64,000 nt of DNA, taken from assembly GCF_032191835.1 (NCBI RefSeq), contig NC_083237.1:17360001-17424000 (forward strand), in the 5' to 3' direction. Below are positions 46,117-60,600 of this stretch, piece after piece. This DNA comes from Heteronotia binoei. Its lineage: Eukaryota. The first letter of the stretch is position 1. Every line of letters starts with the position of its first letter. Below the pieces are notes generated by a model. The model worked only from the letters and a program-made list of their open reading frames with translations. It had not been told where the DNA came from and did not search any database. Position numbers and translations under genes: made by a program.

Positions 46117-48307
46117 ACAGGGAAATCCTTCTCTTCGATCCAGAGAAACCAGTGGTTGTAATGGTTGAGAAAATGGTAAGGAAGATTCTGACACTCTTTA
46201 TCTGGGGGTTGAAAGGCTAAGGGAGAGGGTTGCCAGCCTCCAGTTTGGGCCTGGAGATCTCCTGCTTTTACAACTGATCTCCAGCAGGCAGAGATCAGCT
46301 CCCCTGGAGAAAATGGCTACTTTGAAGGTTGGACTGTTGGGCATTGTGCGATGCTGAAGCCCCTCCCCTCCCCAAACCCCACCTTCTCCTGGACCCAAAG
46401 TCTTCAGGTGCTTTCCAACACAGATCTGGTGAAGTGACTCAACTGTGGAGGAGGGAGGCATGCCCAGAAATTGCACTGGCATAGGTGAAAGGCCAGAGAG
46501 ATTTGGCAGCCCAAAGGGACCAAATCCAAAATAGCTCAGCCTTGGGTGGTAAAAAATTCTTATAAACCAGTTACAAAATTAAATCTTATCTTATAAGCCA
46601 ATTACATAATTGGAGAGAAGCTATGTTCTACTGATCTGCTGTCTTACTGTGGATCATATTAGATATATCACAACAAATAAATTGTACAGTAAAAGTTAGT
46701 AATTTGGTGCCCTTTAAGTGTAATCAGTAGTCTGATTTTATAAAGAATGTTTTTTTAAAAGAAAAAGGCCACAAATGGCTCTGTCTTTATCTCCATACTT
46801 CCAACAGTTCACAAAAGGGCCTTTCTCTTCAAAAAGAGAACCATTTCCCTGAATTTGCATTGATGATTCTGATGATCTCTTCCAAGAAACATCATCTTCT
46901 GGGGAGGCATGAGGAGGACAGGGAGTTGTGAGGGGAGAAGTGCAGGGGGGGCTCCCTCTCCATTCTGCCTGGATCCAGCCCACCACCATGGGGCCTTTTG
47001 CCTAGCATTTCAATTGCTATTCCTACCAGACGTGGGGAAGAGAATGGGGAGGAATTGTTAGGAGATGGTCTCCCAATAGAACCCCTAGTAGCTCCAAGCC
47101 AATCAAGGCATCTCACCTGCTGGTGATTCTTTCTACATGCCTGGTAAGCCAGTGGCTGTCTTAACATCTGACCTTTCAAGGGTCCTCCTTGAAAAGAAAA
47201 GAGAAATGAATGAGCTAAAACAAACAAACGAAAGGAAATGTGCCTTCTTGTGATCAAGAAGCCAACTGTGATGCTTCTGAGAAGGGTCTTAAACCCCGCC
47301 TTCTCTGGACCCTTTGGCCTTGCAGCTGCAGCATCAGGAGGTGCAAGAGGAAGAGATGGCCCTTCAGGGGAGCCTTCAGGAGGTGCTAGAAGGTGCCACA
47401 GAAGAGTCTTTGGTTTGTGACACCCAGGAGGAGTTTTGTCCTGTGCCGAGCGAGAGCCCGGAAGGAAACCTGGAGTGCTCAGCAAATGAGGTGAGTCTGG
47501 AAAGGAAAGACAGAAGCTGGACAGTTAATCAGAGGCACAGGTGGGCTTAGGGGAAATGTGCCTTCTTGTGATCAAGAAGCCAACTGTGATGCTTCTGAGA
47601 AGGGTCTTAAACCCAGTCTTCTCTGGACCCTTTGGTCTTGCAGCTGCAGCATCAGGAGGTGCGAGAGGAAGAGGTGGCCCTTCAGGGGAGCCTTCAGGAT
47701 GTACTAGAAGGTGCCACAGAAGAGTCTTTGGTTTGTGACACCCAGGAGGAGCTTTGTCCTCTGCCGAGCGAGAGCCCGGAAGGAAACCTGGAGTGCTCAG
47801 CAAATGAGGTGAGTCTGGAAAGGAAAGACAGAAGCTGGACAGTTAATCAGAGGCACAGGTTGGCTATGGGGCTGGAGTAATGAGAGAAGGCGCAGTTAGA
47901 GGTCAATGTCCAGAGAGGGAATGTGAGGGCCACCCAGCTGCCAAGAGATTTCCCTGGGAAGCTGGATCATGAGTGTCTGTTCCCGTTGTCACCTTGTCTC
48001 CTCTGAATGGGAGGAGCTCCCCAGCCCGTGGGCAGAGAAAGCTACTCCCCCTGAGGCCAGAGTGACAACTCCTGCCACAGAACCTGGGGCCCGGGGTCAC
48101 CACTTGGGGGTAAATGGACTAGATGAAAAATAAAGGAGGTGAAATACGCATTCTTGCTTCTTCGTGGAGAAGCCAGCTGTGATGAGGGTCTTAAATTAAA
48201 TCAAGAACCAAAAAAGGTAAGAAATAAACGTAGCAGAGGGCCAATTGTTAAAACCTCATATATACTTGTTATAATAAAAATACACATATTAATTAAAATT
48301 ATATTAA

Positions 48308-48388
<81 letters not shown>

Positions 48389-51300
48389 CCCATTGAAAGC
48401 CTTGTAACAAAATACGAATGACATATACACAATGATGATGATGATAATGATGATATTGGATTTATATTCCACCCTCCACTCCGAATCTCAGAGTCTTAGA
48501 GCTGCTCACAATCTCCTTTCCCTTCCTCCCCCACAACAGACACCCTGTGAGGTGGGTGGGGCTGAGAGGGCTCTCACAGCAGCTGCCCTTTCAAGGACAG
48601 AGTCTCAGAGCGTCTCACAATCTCCTTTCCCTTCCTCCCCCACAACAGACACCCTGTGAAGTGGGTGGGGCTGAGAGGGCTCTAAAAGCAGCTGCCCTTT
48701 CAAGAACAGAGTCTCACAGAGGCCCACAATCTCCTTTCCCTTCGTCCCCCACAACAGACACCCTGTGAGGTGGGTGGGGCTGAGAGGGCTCTAAAAGCAG
48801 CTGCCCTTTCAAGGACAGAGTCTCACAGTGGCTTACAATCTCCTTTCCCTTCCTCCCCCACACAGACACCCTGTGAGGTGGGTGGGGCTGAGCGGGCTTT
48901 CACAGCAGCTGCCCTTTCAAGGACAGAGTCTCACAGTGGCCCACAATCTCCTTTCCCTTCCTCCCCCCCAACAGACACCCTGTGAGGTGGGTGGGGCTGA
49001 GAGGGCTCTAAAAGCAGCTGCCCTTTCAAGGACAGAGTCTCAGAGCAGCTCACAATCTTTTTTCCCTCACAATCTTTTTTTCTCACAATCTTTTTTTGGG
49101 ATACGAGTTTAATAAAGTTGCAGAGATTTTTCTGTTAGGATTACAAATGGAAAAATTTCCAAAAGAAGACAGAACTTTAATCTGGTACTTGCTCTCAGCT
49201 GCTAGGACATTGTATGCGCAGTTGTGGAAGCAAGAAAAAATACCAGAGAAATGGGATTGGATTATAAATGTTATGTCATGGAGTGAAATGGACAAATTAA
49301 CAAGAATATTAAAAGACTATGACTTAGAAGTTTTTAAGATGGAGTGGAAGAATTTCAGAAGATATGTAGAAAAAGTGTGGAAAATAAAAGGACATTGGAC
49401 AATCTTTGATAATGATTAAGTTTTTAAAACAAGAATATAACTTTTGGTTTTTTAATAGTTAAGGGTACCTTTAATATTTGTGTTTTTTTAAGTAAATAAC
49501 ACTGGTGGGGGTCAAGTAACGGGGGGAGGGGTGGGGGAAAAGTAAGATATGGGGTAGATAAATTTTTCTTTTTTTAAGTTGTAAGATAAAGATATAGATT
49601 TGCTACCATATGTTACCAATAAAAATTGTTTATGCAAAAAAACCCCCACCAAGTTTGAGGTACAAATAGGCACATATTACAAAGAACTCTTACAAAGAAT
49701 TAGCAAAGAATATAACAACATGTTGTCAAAGGATTTCATAGCCAGAGTCCATTGGTTGTGGTAGAATTTCTGGGCGGTGTGGCCGTGGTTTTGGAATTTT
49801 GAGACATGATGTTTTGCCCGTGACTGTGACTGGCATCCTCAAAGGTGTAACGCAGAAAAAGAAAGCTCCCACAAGATAATGACTCAGCCCTACCCTACCT
49901 TCCTGAGTAGATACAAATTACCTGCCTACCAACTTCTTCTCAATTTGACGCAGAGAGAACTCCAGTTTTCGGGGTTACACCTCTGAGGATGCAAAACGTC
50001 GGGTCTCATCATGGCAAGACCATGGCCACACAGCCCGGGAAATCTACAACAACCATTATAACAATACTGGACCAAAAAAGGAATTTTCCAAAGAGAGATC
50101 AGTAGGCACAAGACAGGAATGTTCAAGAGACCTCTCAGGAATAAATCATGCATCCAGTGCATATGCACGGGTGGTAAAAGATGTTACTGTTGTCTGTCTT
50201 CCAGTTCTGGTCCAGAAAGTAATGCTATATTCCATTATTCAGAGCCAAGACATCGACAGAAGGCAGCAAGAGGAACAGGAAGAAGAGGAAGCCTCTCAGG
50301 ATAGTCGAAATGTTGCGGAGGAAGGGGCTGTAGACGAACCTTTGCTTTCTAGTTCCCCAGAGGAGTCTTCGCCTTCGCCAGATGAACAACACAAAGTACC
50401 CTTGGAGGTCATAGTAAATGTGGTAAGTCTTAAGAACATAAGAGAAGCCATATTGGATCAGGCCAAAAGTCCATCATTCCAACACTCTGTGTCACACAAT
50501 GGCCAAAAAATCTAGGTGTCATCAGGAGGTCCATTAGTGGGGCCAGGACACCAGAAGCCCTCCCACTGCTGCATCCCCCCAAGCACCAAGAATACATAGC
50601 ATCAATGCCCCAGACAGAAAGTTCCAACAAAACGCTGTGGCTAATAGCCACTGATGGACCTCTGCTGTTTATCCAACCAACTCTTGAAGCTGTCTACGCT
50701 TGCAGCTGCCACCACCTCCTGTAGCAGTGAATTCCATGTGTTCATCACCCTTTGGGTGAAATAGGACTTATCTTCAAAGGAGAGAGAGAAGCTGGACAGA
50801 TAAAGAGAAAAGCTAGTTGAATAAGGGGTCGGGGGGGGGAGTGGGGTGAGAGAAGAATTCAGGCAATAATCCTCTCAGTCCTGGAGATCAATAAATGAGA
50901 AACTAGAACAAGCAGATGTCTTCTCTGCTCAGACTTGTTGGAGCTCTCCCAGATTATTCCTCAGAACGTGGGGTCTCTATGGCACCAGAGTTAAATCTTG
51001 TGTGTGCAAAACATGGTGCCCTACCACTGAGCTATGGGACCTTCCAGAAACATCTGGAGCTGCTTTATGCAGAGTCAGTCTCTAGGCCTGCCCAGCTTTA
51101 GTATTGCCAACTCTAACTGGCAGCGGCTCTGCAGACCTTCACAATGTCTGCTGTTGCCTGAAATTCTTTAAATAACCTGAGACCTGCTGCATGGAAGTCT
51201 TGGCCTCTGACCATGGAGAAATGGGCCCTGCTTCCTATCAAATGGTTGCTGGGAAACCAGGTCAGCTTATGGAGTTGCCTCATGCCGACTCAGAGAGTTG

Positions 51301-54028
51301 GTCCATCTGGCTCAGCATTTTCCATTGGCTCTCCACCTGCAGGGCCAGCCCTCTCCATTAGGCATCCCTAGGCCACTACCTAGGGTGCCATCCAGGGGGG
51401 GGTACTGGGCTGGGTCCTCCCCCCGCCCTCAGCGAGGGAAATGGGTGAGCACGGCACCTGCACCTCAGAGTGCATGTGCTGCCTGGCTACCGTCACTCAG
51501 CCCAGCCACCATCCCTTGTGAAAGCTTCCAGAAGCGATGGCGGACAGGCTGAACGATGGCGGCTGGGAGGCATATGTGCTTTGAAGCGCAGGCGCTAGGC
51601 CACACCGTTGCTGTGGTGCTCACCCTCACTGGGGGCGAGGGAGGAGGGGTGCAGGCTGTGGGGTGAGGGGTGGCAGGGTAGGACCTCGCCTTGGGTGCCA
51701 GACCCCCTGGAGATGGCCCTGATCCCCTCACAAAAAACATTCCTCTGTCACCTGAAGTGTTTTTTTTTTGTTTCAAATGGTGTTTCCCTTCCAGGTGACC
51801 TCTGTCTACAGCCAGGACAGTGATGGGCAGGTGACAGAGAGCCCCCAGACCCCCAGGCCAGAGTCTCCTGACGGTGACTACTTAGCACAAGAGAGCTGCT
51901 ACCTCACAGACCGCGAAGACCTCCACCAGGACTCTGGTGCTTCCACGGGCTACTTCCCTTGCTACCTCACCTACAGCAATCTCCCCCCCTACCAGTCTGA
52001 GAGTGACGATGAACTTCCAGACCCCCCGGCCAGTCCTGAGGCCAGCCTCCAAGTTGAGGGCACTTTGCAGGACAAAGCCAGCGAGAAGGAAGGAGGAGTG
52101 GAAGGCAGCCCCAGAGGGGAAGAAGCCAAGGTGAAGAAGCCCCACCCTGGCAAATGGTCCTGGCTGCCCAGCCCGCAAGGGGCTTTGGGAATGCACAGCG
52201 AGGGAGGTGCTAGAGGCAAACTCTAGAAAGTCTGAGGAATGGGGCCTGCTGGCAATACAGGGCCAGTGCAGAGAAGAATGCAAGATGCCTCCTGGTCACA
52301 TCACACGGAAGGGTTCCAGTGCCAGACCTCTCAGGGAAGTTCTGGAGCAGGGCACAAAAATGTCGGCCCTCTTTTGTTGCTTGTGCCCAGTTCCAGAGAT
52401 AGATTGCTCCTGTATGCAGGAGTTCTAAATAGTTCACTATTCCATGAATTTGTTGAATTCAGGAGGCCAGTTTTTCTGTTGGTACAGCCTCCCAGCAGAA
52501 AGGACCCACGTTGGGTTGCAAATTTAGTGCCTGGCAAAAAACACCTCAGAAAAGACCCAGTTTATGTCAAATGGGGCCAGCCTTTGTTTTTATTCCAAGG
52601 GATGCTCATTTTGTGTGGGATAGACGAAGTCTGGAAGATGTCAGCTATCATGTAAAAGAGATTCTAGTCCTCATTGTGCAGAAATTTACTTATTTATAGG
52701 GTTGCCAAGTCCAATTCAAGAAATATATGGGGACTTTGGGGGTGGAGCCAGGAGACCTTGGGGTGGAGCCAGGAGGCATTGGGGGCAGAGCCAGGAGCAA
52801 GGGTGTGACAAGCATAATTGAACTCCAAGGGCGTTCTGGTCATCACATGTAAAGGGACAGCACACCTTTTTAAATGCTTTCCTTCCATAGGAAATAATGA
52901 AAGCTAGGGGCACCTTATTTTGGGGCTCATAGAATTGGACCTCCTGGTCCAATCGTTTTGAAACTTGGGGGGTATTTTGAGGAGAGGCACTAGATGCTAT
53001 TCTGAAAATGTGGTGCCTCTAACACAAAAAACAGCCCCCCCAGAGCCCCCGATATATCCAGATCAATTCTCCATTATACCCTATGAGAATCGATCTCCAC
53101 ATAGGGAATAATGAAGTGCCTAGCAGACATTTCCCTCCCCCTCCCTGTTTCTGGGGACTCTGAAGTGAGGGACTGGCCTCTTTACTCACGAGTTGCTGCC
53201 AACTTCTTCAAAGTAACACAGACACCCCATCCCAAGAGGAAGCCTTTCTGAGCGGAGACTGAAGCCTCTGGAGGGGGAAAGGCACATGGGGGCTGTGGGG
53301 GTGGGCTTCCCTTCCCCTGCTGGCCAGCTGAGTGGGGGGGGGAAGGAGCCTGGGAAAGCGGGAGAACCTCCCCCCCGCTGGGACCTGGGGATTGGCAAGC
53401 CTACTTATTTATTATATTAGGCTTTTATACTAACCTCCCCGCAAGCTTGTTAGAAAACATCCTTAAAGTGGCATAGCTGGTCAGTGTGGAAGTACAAGGC
53501 CACATCTTTTTAGCCTGGGTGAAGGAATATTGTAGAGCTGCAAATTAATGCCTTTACGTAAATGCTGCCTTTGCAGTCCCAGAGTCCATAGAGTATGAGC
53601 ATCAAAGTGTGACCTGTAAGGGACAAAGCAATGGGCAAAACCAAAACCAAAGCAGGCCACTGCTGCAGTCAGCACAGCCCCCCCCCCCCCCTTCAAGCAG
53701 CTGCTTGCTAGAACTCCAGTTCCAAGAATCCCTCCGTTCAGAGCCCTGGCTGTGAGAATGACTTCTCTTCTTCCTGCAGAGTCCGGCAGTGGCCAAGAGA
53801 GTAGAGCCAACCCCGTCGGCTCCCAGCTGCCCGTCCGACGCCCCCACGTCCCGCCGGAGCATCACCAACTTTTTTCAGTGGGTCCGCAATGTCTTTAGCC
53901 GGTCATCCCTAAGGAGTCAACAGCGCAGCCCAGCTGCAAGAGGCGAAAGGGAGCGCAAAAATATCGGCAAGCGGCTGCGAGGCTGGATCAGGAAGCACCG
54001 GGGGCGAGTGCACCCCGACAACTGCTGA
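46117..54028 (+). CDS. Candidate multi-exon gene in block X (copy 2)
   Basis: The same exons at 46117-46175, 47030-47143, 47326-47490, 47644-47808, 50243-50422, 51795-52130? and 53780-54028. All splice dinucleotides and frames are retained despite point substitutions. Confidence 0.55.
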
Positions 54029-54126
54029 GGCGCAGACAGGTCACGAGCGCTCAAACTTTGTGAACGAGGACTTCCTGCTGCTTTTAAACTGTTTACTCAT
54101 CATGGTTACTGCTAGTATTAGATATA

Positions 54127-54674
54127 ATAAGGCTTGCTGAAGCATTAGTTATGGTAAGGCTTGCTGAAGCATTAGTTATGGAAAGGCTTGCTGAAGCATT
54201 AGATATAATAAGGCTTGCTGAAGCATTAGTTATGGTAAGGCTTGCTGAAGCATTAGTTATAGTAAGGCTTGCTGAAGCATTAGTTATGGTAAGGCTTGCT
54301 GAAGCATTAGATATAATAAGGCTTGCTGAAGCATTAGTTATAGTAAGGCTTGCTGAAGCATTAGTTATAGTAAGGCTTGCTGAAGCATTAAATATAATAA
54401 GGCTTGCTGAAGCATTAGTTATGGTAAGGCTTGCTGAAGCATTAGTTATGGTAAGGCTTGCTGGAGCATTAGTTATAGTAAGGCTTGCTGAAGCATTAAA
54501 TATAATAAGGCTTGCTGAAGCATTAGATATAATAAGGCTTGCTGGAGCATTAGTTATAGTAAGGCTTGCTGAAGGAATAGTTATGGTAAGGCTTGCTGAA
54601 GCATTAGTTATGGTAAGGCTTGCTGGAGCATTAGTTATAGTAAGGCTTGCTGAAGTATTAGTTATGGTAAGGCT
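54127..54674 (+). repeat. Same 27-bp minisatellite, 20 full units
   Basis: Identical flanks to the 13529 array; unit starts 54127 to 54667 (540/27 = 20). Confidence 0.97.
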
Positions 54675-54688
54675 GAATCCCACCACTG

Positions 54689-57600
54689 CACACACCCCTG
54701 TTGTAGCCAATTCTCCTGGAGCTTGCAGTAAGCCCTGTAAAAAGAGCCCTGTAAGAGCCCTGTAAGCTCTTGGAGATGTAGCATAATGTGCAAAGGAGTT
54801 CCACTTTGGTGTAGCAGTTAAGTGTGTGGACTCTTATCTGGGAGAACCGGGTTTGATTCCCCACTCCTCCACTTGCAGCTGCTGGAATGGTCTTGGGTCA
54901 GCCATAGCTTTCGTAGGAGCTGTCCTTGAAAAGGCAGTTTCTGTTAAAGCTCTCTCAGTCCCACCCACCTCACAGGGTGTCTGTTGTTGGGGGGAAGGTA
55001 AAGGAGATTGTGACCACTCTGAGATGCAGAGTGTAGGGCAGGGTATAAATCCAATATCATCATCTTCTTCTTCTTCTACTACTACTACTACAAAAGAAGC
55101 CCTACTGCCCAGCATGGATTCTTTTTTGCGGGGCAGGGGGAGAGGGTTGCCATCAAGTCACAGCTGAATCCCTCCCCCCAAAAAATTCTGTTTTTATTTT
55201 AATTGTAGGTGACCTTGTCGGGATATCAAGGCAAGAGAGGTGGTTTGTCATTTCTTGGCCTCTTCATCACAACCCTGGACTTCCTTGGGGGCCTCCCATC
55301 CTCATATTGACCCCCTGCTTAGCTTCTTCGATCTGACAAGACCAGGCCTGCCGGGGCATCCAGGTCAGGACAACATGGACGTTAGCCAATATCTATTTCG
55401 GATCGGGTACCAGGGTCCCGCCCAGCCTTCTCTGGAGACCTTGCGCCCTCTCCACCGTTGCCATCTCCTCTCCGTGCCCTTTGGGCGCCTGAGCATCCAC
55501 TGTGGGGAGCCAATCTCCTTGCCGTTGCCCCTTCTCTACGACAAGATTGTCCGGTGCCACCGGGACGGTTTCTGTTACGAGCTGAACGGGCTTTTCTTGT
55601 GGCTGCTGCAGACACTGGGATTTGACACCAAAGCAGTGTCCGGTCATGTCCGGAACCCTTTCACGGGGCACTATGGCCCCCCTATGCACCATATGGTGAT
55701 TTTGGTCCAGTTGGATGGACGCTCCTTCCTCTGCGATGTCGGTTTTGGGGAAGCCTTTCTAGAGCCACTGGAGTTGAAGCCGGACTCAGAACAAGTCCAA
55801 GATGGAGGCATCTTCTGGCTCGGCAATAAGGGGGGAGTTTGGGTCTTGGAGCGCCGGGAAGTTCCTGGCAAGGAAGGGAGACCTTTGTATCAATTCACCC
55901 TTGAGGAGAAGAAGCTGGAGGATTTTGCTGACATGTGCCTTTATCACCAGACTTCGCCCAGTTCTATCTTCCCCTGCAAATCCTTCTGTTCCTTGCATCA
56001 GGAAGACGGTGGGCGCCTTACCTATATGGGATGGCGTCTCATCTCCACAATGGGGGAGAAACGTACGGAGACCCCACTGCAAAGCTCTGAGATCCCAGCC
56101 GTCCTGCGTGAGAAATTTGGGATTCAGTTGGAGAGGGACTTCGAGCCAAAGGATGAAAAGATCATGCCACCTCCTGAAGAAGACTGAGAAGGTAGAAGGG
56201 AAACGGGTCTCCGATTTGGACAGCAGGCTAGAAACTGGATTATACATCATCTCTTTGCACACAGGTTTCAGTCTCTGTCAGAACTGATGTCATATCACAG
56301 GACCATTGCAGCAGTCTGTTTGAAAAAAAAAATGCTGGTCCTTTACAAAAGCAATTTGATCATTTTTCTAGTGCGGTTTACAGTTTTTTCGAGTTGCACT
56401 TAAAGGCCTCGATATAATCTTAAGGACCACAACATGTGAACTTGAATGCATATTGTTAATGAGCGTATGGAAAATTTATTGTGTAAAATTCATTGAATGA
56501 TTATACAGGTGACTGCAAATAATATATTTCTATTATTAGACACGTGGTGTAGTTTCTTTTTGTTTCTCCTTTGTTCATTATCATCCCATTCCCTATTTGT
56601 GGTGTGTTTAAAGAAAAGCCTGTGCAAGCAGAAAACCAGCAGACCAAGGGGACAGATCTGCTAAAGTCATAATTAAAAAGTGAGTGCAGCTGTGGGTAAC
56701 AAGTCCCAGGGCTTTTTTTTTTTGTAGCAGGAATTTCTTTGTATACTAGGCCACAGGCCCCTGATGTAGCCAGTCCTCCAAGAGCTTTCAGTAGGTCCTG
56801 TACTAAGAGCCCGGTAAGCTCCTGGAGGATTGGCTACATCAGGGGTGTGTGGCCTAATATGCAAAGGAGCTCCTGCTAGAATTCCACCCCTGCTAACAAC
56901 AAACTTCTTTATTGAAAGAACCAAACTGGAGAGCAATCAGGCAAAACAGGCAATAAACATAGTTGGGGAAGGACACAACTCTTTTAGTCAGCGGGAATCT
57001 GCCCCATTGGTCTCTCCATTCATTTGCATGTACATTGATACACGCCTTGTGTCCCGATTGGCCAGTTGAGACAGAATAGCCAATCAGAACGTAGGCATTT
57101 GGGTCCTGAAGGGTAGAACCATGCTTCAGTTACTAACACTATGAACAGTATATGAGCAAGAACACAGAACAGCACATACTAGTCTTGCTAGTTTTCTATC
57201 TGCAGGAAGTTTGGGCATGGGCAAGCATTCTAAAACACCATCTCCAATCTAATCACGCAGACCACTCTACCTGCATGTGTGAACGAGGCCTCCTCGTGCC
57301 TCTGCACTGGGTTTAATGAGCTCCTCTCCATGCAGAGATGCAGCAGCCTTACCTGTCCACAGTGGAGGCAGGCTCACAGGAACTCATGCAGATCTGCAAC
57401 AGGTAGACTCCAAGGGCAGATTGCTCTTATTCTTTAAAAAAAGCCTTGGGCAAGAGGTAAGAATGAAGCACGAATCCAATTTTAACTCAGAAGCAAGCCT
57501 GCATCAGCTACCAGCTGTTAGGGAAACAGCAGGTTCAAAGAACAACAGATGTGTACCAGTCACAGAGGAGCTGCATGGAGAGCATTGATAGCCACCCTCT

Positions 57601-60600
57601 GCCACGTGAAGCAGGCAGATAAAGCAGTCCCTGTTCTCGAAAGAAGGGGCGGGGAGAGAGCAGAGCTCCTTCAGGCGCCCGGTAGGGATTCCTTTGCACG
57701 TTACAGGAGGCCTGGCTATAGGTGAGGGGTGTTCATACTGACTTTTAAAGGGTTGAGGGAGGAGCCAAAGGCGGGGCTAGTTGAAACAGGAGAAGCCCAC
57801 ACCATGGGTTGTAAACAAGCCTTTTTGACTTGCATGTAAAGCAGGGATTTCGGTGGTGTGCAACAACCAGGAGTAAGAGCTGGGAAGAGTGGGCTGGGAG
57901 GGGGATCGGTGGAGGGGGGGGGGATGAAAAAGCAGGGAGGACCTAAGGTGACCACATTTCTTTCTTTCGAAGGCTCCTGAACTTCTAAGTCCTGCAAGAC
58001 AGGTAGGAATTCATGATTTTTTCATCCCTGCAGGGCAGAGACACACCTCCTTATTTTTGTCTGTCTTGCAGCTATTACAGGTTCATGCGCTCTGCGGAGT
58101 TGTTCAGGGTGGTGAGAACCAGGGAGGACTGTGAGGCACTCCAGAGGGATCCGTCAAGGCTGGGCGAATGGGTGTCAACATGGCAAAGGAGGTTCAATGT
58201 GGGCAAGTGCCAAGTAATAAATACACAGTGGGGCCAAAAATCCTAACTATAAATATACATGGATGCGGTCTGAACTGGCAGTAACTGTAGATAACTCCCG
58301 TGAAAACGGTCCGATTTAGAAGCAGCTCTGGACACACCAGTCCGAGCTGTTCTAATCTCGCGTCGCCCTGGTTCTTAGCCAGTTTGGTGTAGTGGTTAAG
58401 TGCGTGGACTCTTACCTGGGAGAACCGGGTTTGATTCCCCACTCCTCCACTTGCACCTGCTGGAATGGCCTTGGGTCACCACAGCTCTCGCAGGAGTTGT
58501 CCTTGAATGGGCAGATTCTGTGAAAGCCCTCTCACCCCCACCCACCTCACAAGGTGTCTGTTGTGGCGGAAGAAAATAAAGGAGATTGTAAAACGCTCTG
58601 AGCCTCTGATTCAGAAAGAAGGGCAGGGTATAAATCTGCAGTTTTCTTCTTCTTATGTTCAGAAATCCAGATATTGTCTAATGACACTCCTCAGCTTCTT
58701 TCCACCAACATCATGAAACTAGAAAACAAATGAACATCTTAATCCCACTTAAAGCTGTGATGACCAATGTTGTAAGTGCCAGAAGCTGATCCAGCTGCTC
58801 TTCTTGTCACAGTGGTGGTAGGAAGTCCAGTTGAATCACAGCTGACATAGAGTAACCTTATAGGGTTTTCCAGGGCTTTTTTTTTCTTTTTGCAGCAGGA
58901 GCTCCTTTGCATATTAGGCCACATACCCTTGATGTAGCCGATCCTCTAAGAGCTTACAGGACTCTTAGTACAGGGCCTGCTGTGAGCTCTTGGAGGATTG
59001 GCTACATCAGGGGTGTGTGGCCTAATAGGCAAAGGAGTTGCAGCTACAAAGAAAGCCCTGAGGTTTTCAAGACAGGAGAAGTGGTTGGCCATTGCTGCAT
59101 GTGCGGAATTCCTAGACATCCACCGGCCAGGATCAACGACTGCATAGATTCTGAGATTGGTGAAATCAGGACATCCCAATCAGGGCTTTATGGATTACAA
59201 CTAGAAAAATTCTAGAACAAAGTGTGAGTCCGGTAGCACTTTTCAGACCAACAAAGTTTTATTCGCGGTATGAGCTTTTGTGTGCAAGCACATTTCTTCA
59301 AGTACAAACAATGGAATAAAACCTCCTCAGGTCCTTCTTACAGGAGAAGAGGGGGGGGGAGCAGCTATTAGGAAGCGCTACTCATAGCCAAGATGCATAA
59401 GTTGAGCTGAAATAGGATCAGGTGACCGGTAAAATCAACAAATGGCAGCAAATCTGCACGTGTATGCGACAAAATAGTGCTTCGGCCCTGGTGTCATTTT
59501 GGGCTGGAAGCAGCCAGCAAAGCCTGAGATGATTTTAAAGAAGTGTCTCGATAAAATGACAGTTTGACAACCTCTTCAGCTCAGCTGCCTGAACATAAGA
59601 GAAGCCATGTTTTTTTTTTCTTTCACATTTATATTTTTTATTATATTCACATCCAAATAATACATAGAAAACACTGCATAACAATCCAAATACCAATACC
59701 CCCCCACACATAACGATACATACAATACACAAAATACATGAGAAGCCATGTTGGATCAGGCCAATGGCCCATCCCGTCCAACACTCTGTGTCACACAGTG
59801 GCCAAAACAAGCAAGTGCCATCAGGAGGTCCACCAGTGGGGCTAGAAGCCCTCTCACTGTATTTCTCTTCAAAGAGAACTCTATTACCGTTTTTGCACAC
59901 AGCTTACCTCGCAGTCACAATCCTGGTCCCTCCGCAGCGTCTGTCGGATTTCCCACCATCTGCACCGGAGTTACAGGAAGTGCCGCAGCTTTTGCGTAGC
60001 AAACATAAACTGGGTTTTAACGGTTTACGTTTGCTACACAAAAGCTGCGGCACTTCCTGTAACTTTGGCGCAGATGGTGGGAAATCCGACAGACGCTGCG
60101 GAGGGAACAGGATTGTGACTGCGAGGTAAGCTGTGTGCGAAAACGGTCCAATTCTTTTCAAAGCCAGAATTCCTCTGGGAAACATAGCCATACAGTTCTC
60201 ACAATTTCTCTGCCTTATTCATGGGTAATTCATTTCATTCACTTATTGGACCATTAAATCCAACATTAGTGAAATCCCAGTTGTTACATTTTAATTCATG
60301 GCTGGAGAACGGACTTGGGAAGGTTCCTTCTCAATTTTATATCCTATCTAAAACAGACCAACACAATCAGAGAGAATGACACATCCTCTCCAGCAGAGGG
60401 CAGCACACACAAACATATCCATTATACTTTATGCTCAGTGAAAGGTGTTACTGGACTCTACTATTTTACAGTGACAGACTAGCATGGCTAACTCCTTTGG
60501 ATCCAGGGCCTTTTCTGAGCAGGAACGCAGTTCCGGCTGGCTTGGCATCAGGGGGTGTGGCCTAATGTGCAAATGAGTTCCTGCTGGGCTTTTTCTGCAA

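Larger units (their letters stand above)
39334..54688. repeat. Segmental duplication block X, copy 2 (complete, 15,355 bp)
   Basis: Starts right after ggcCACACAC with a short 27-bp array. Ends with the long 27-bp array plus GCTGAATCCCACCACTG, followed by CACACAC. Confidence 0.95.
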
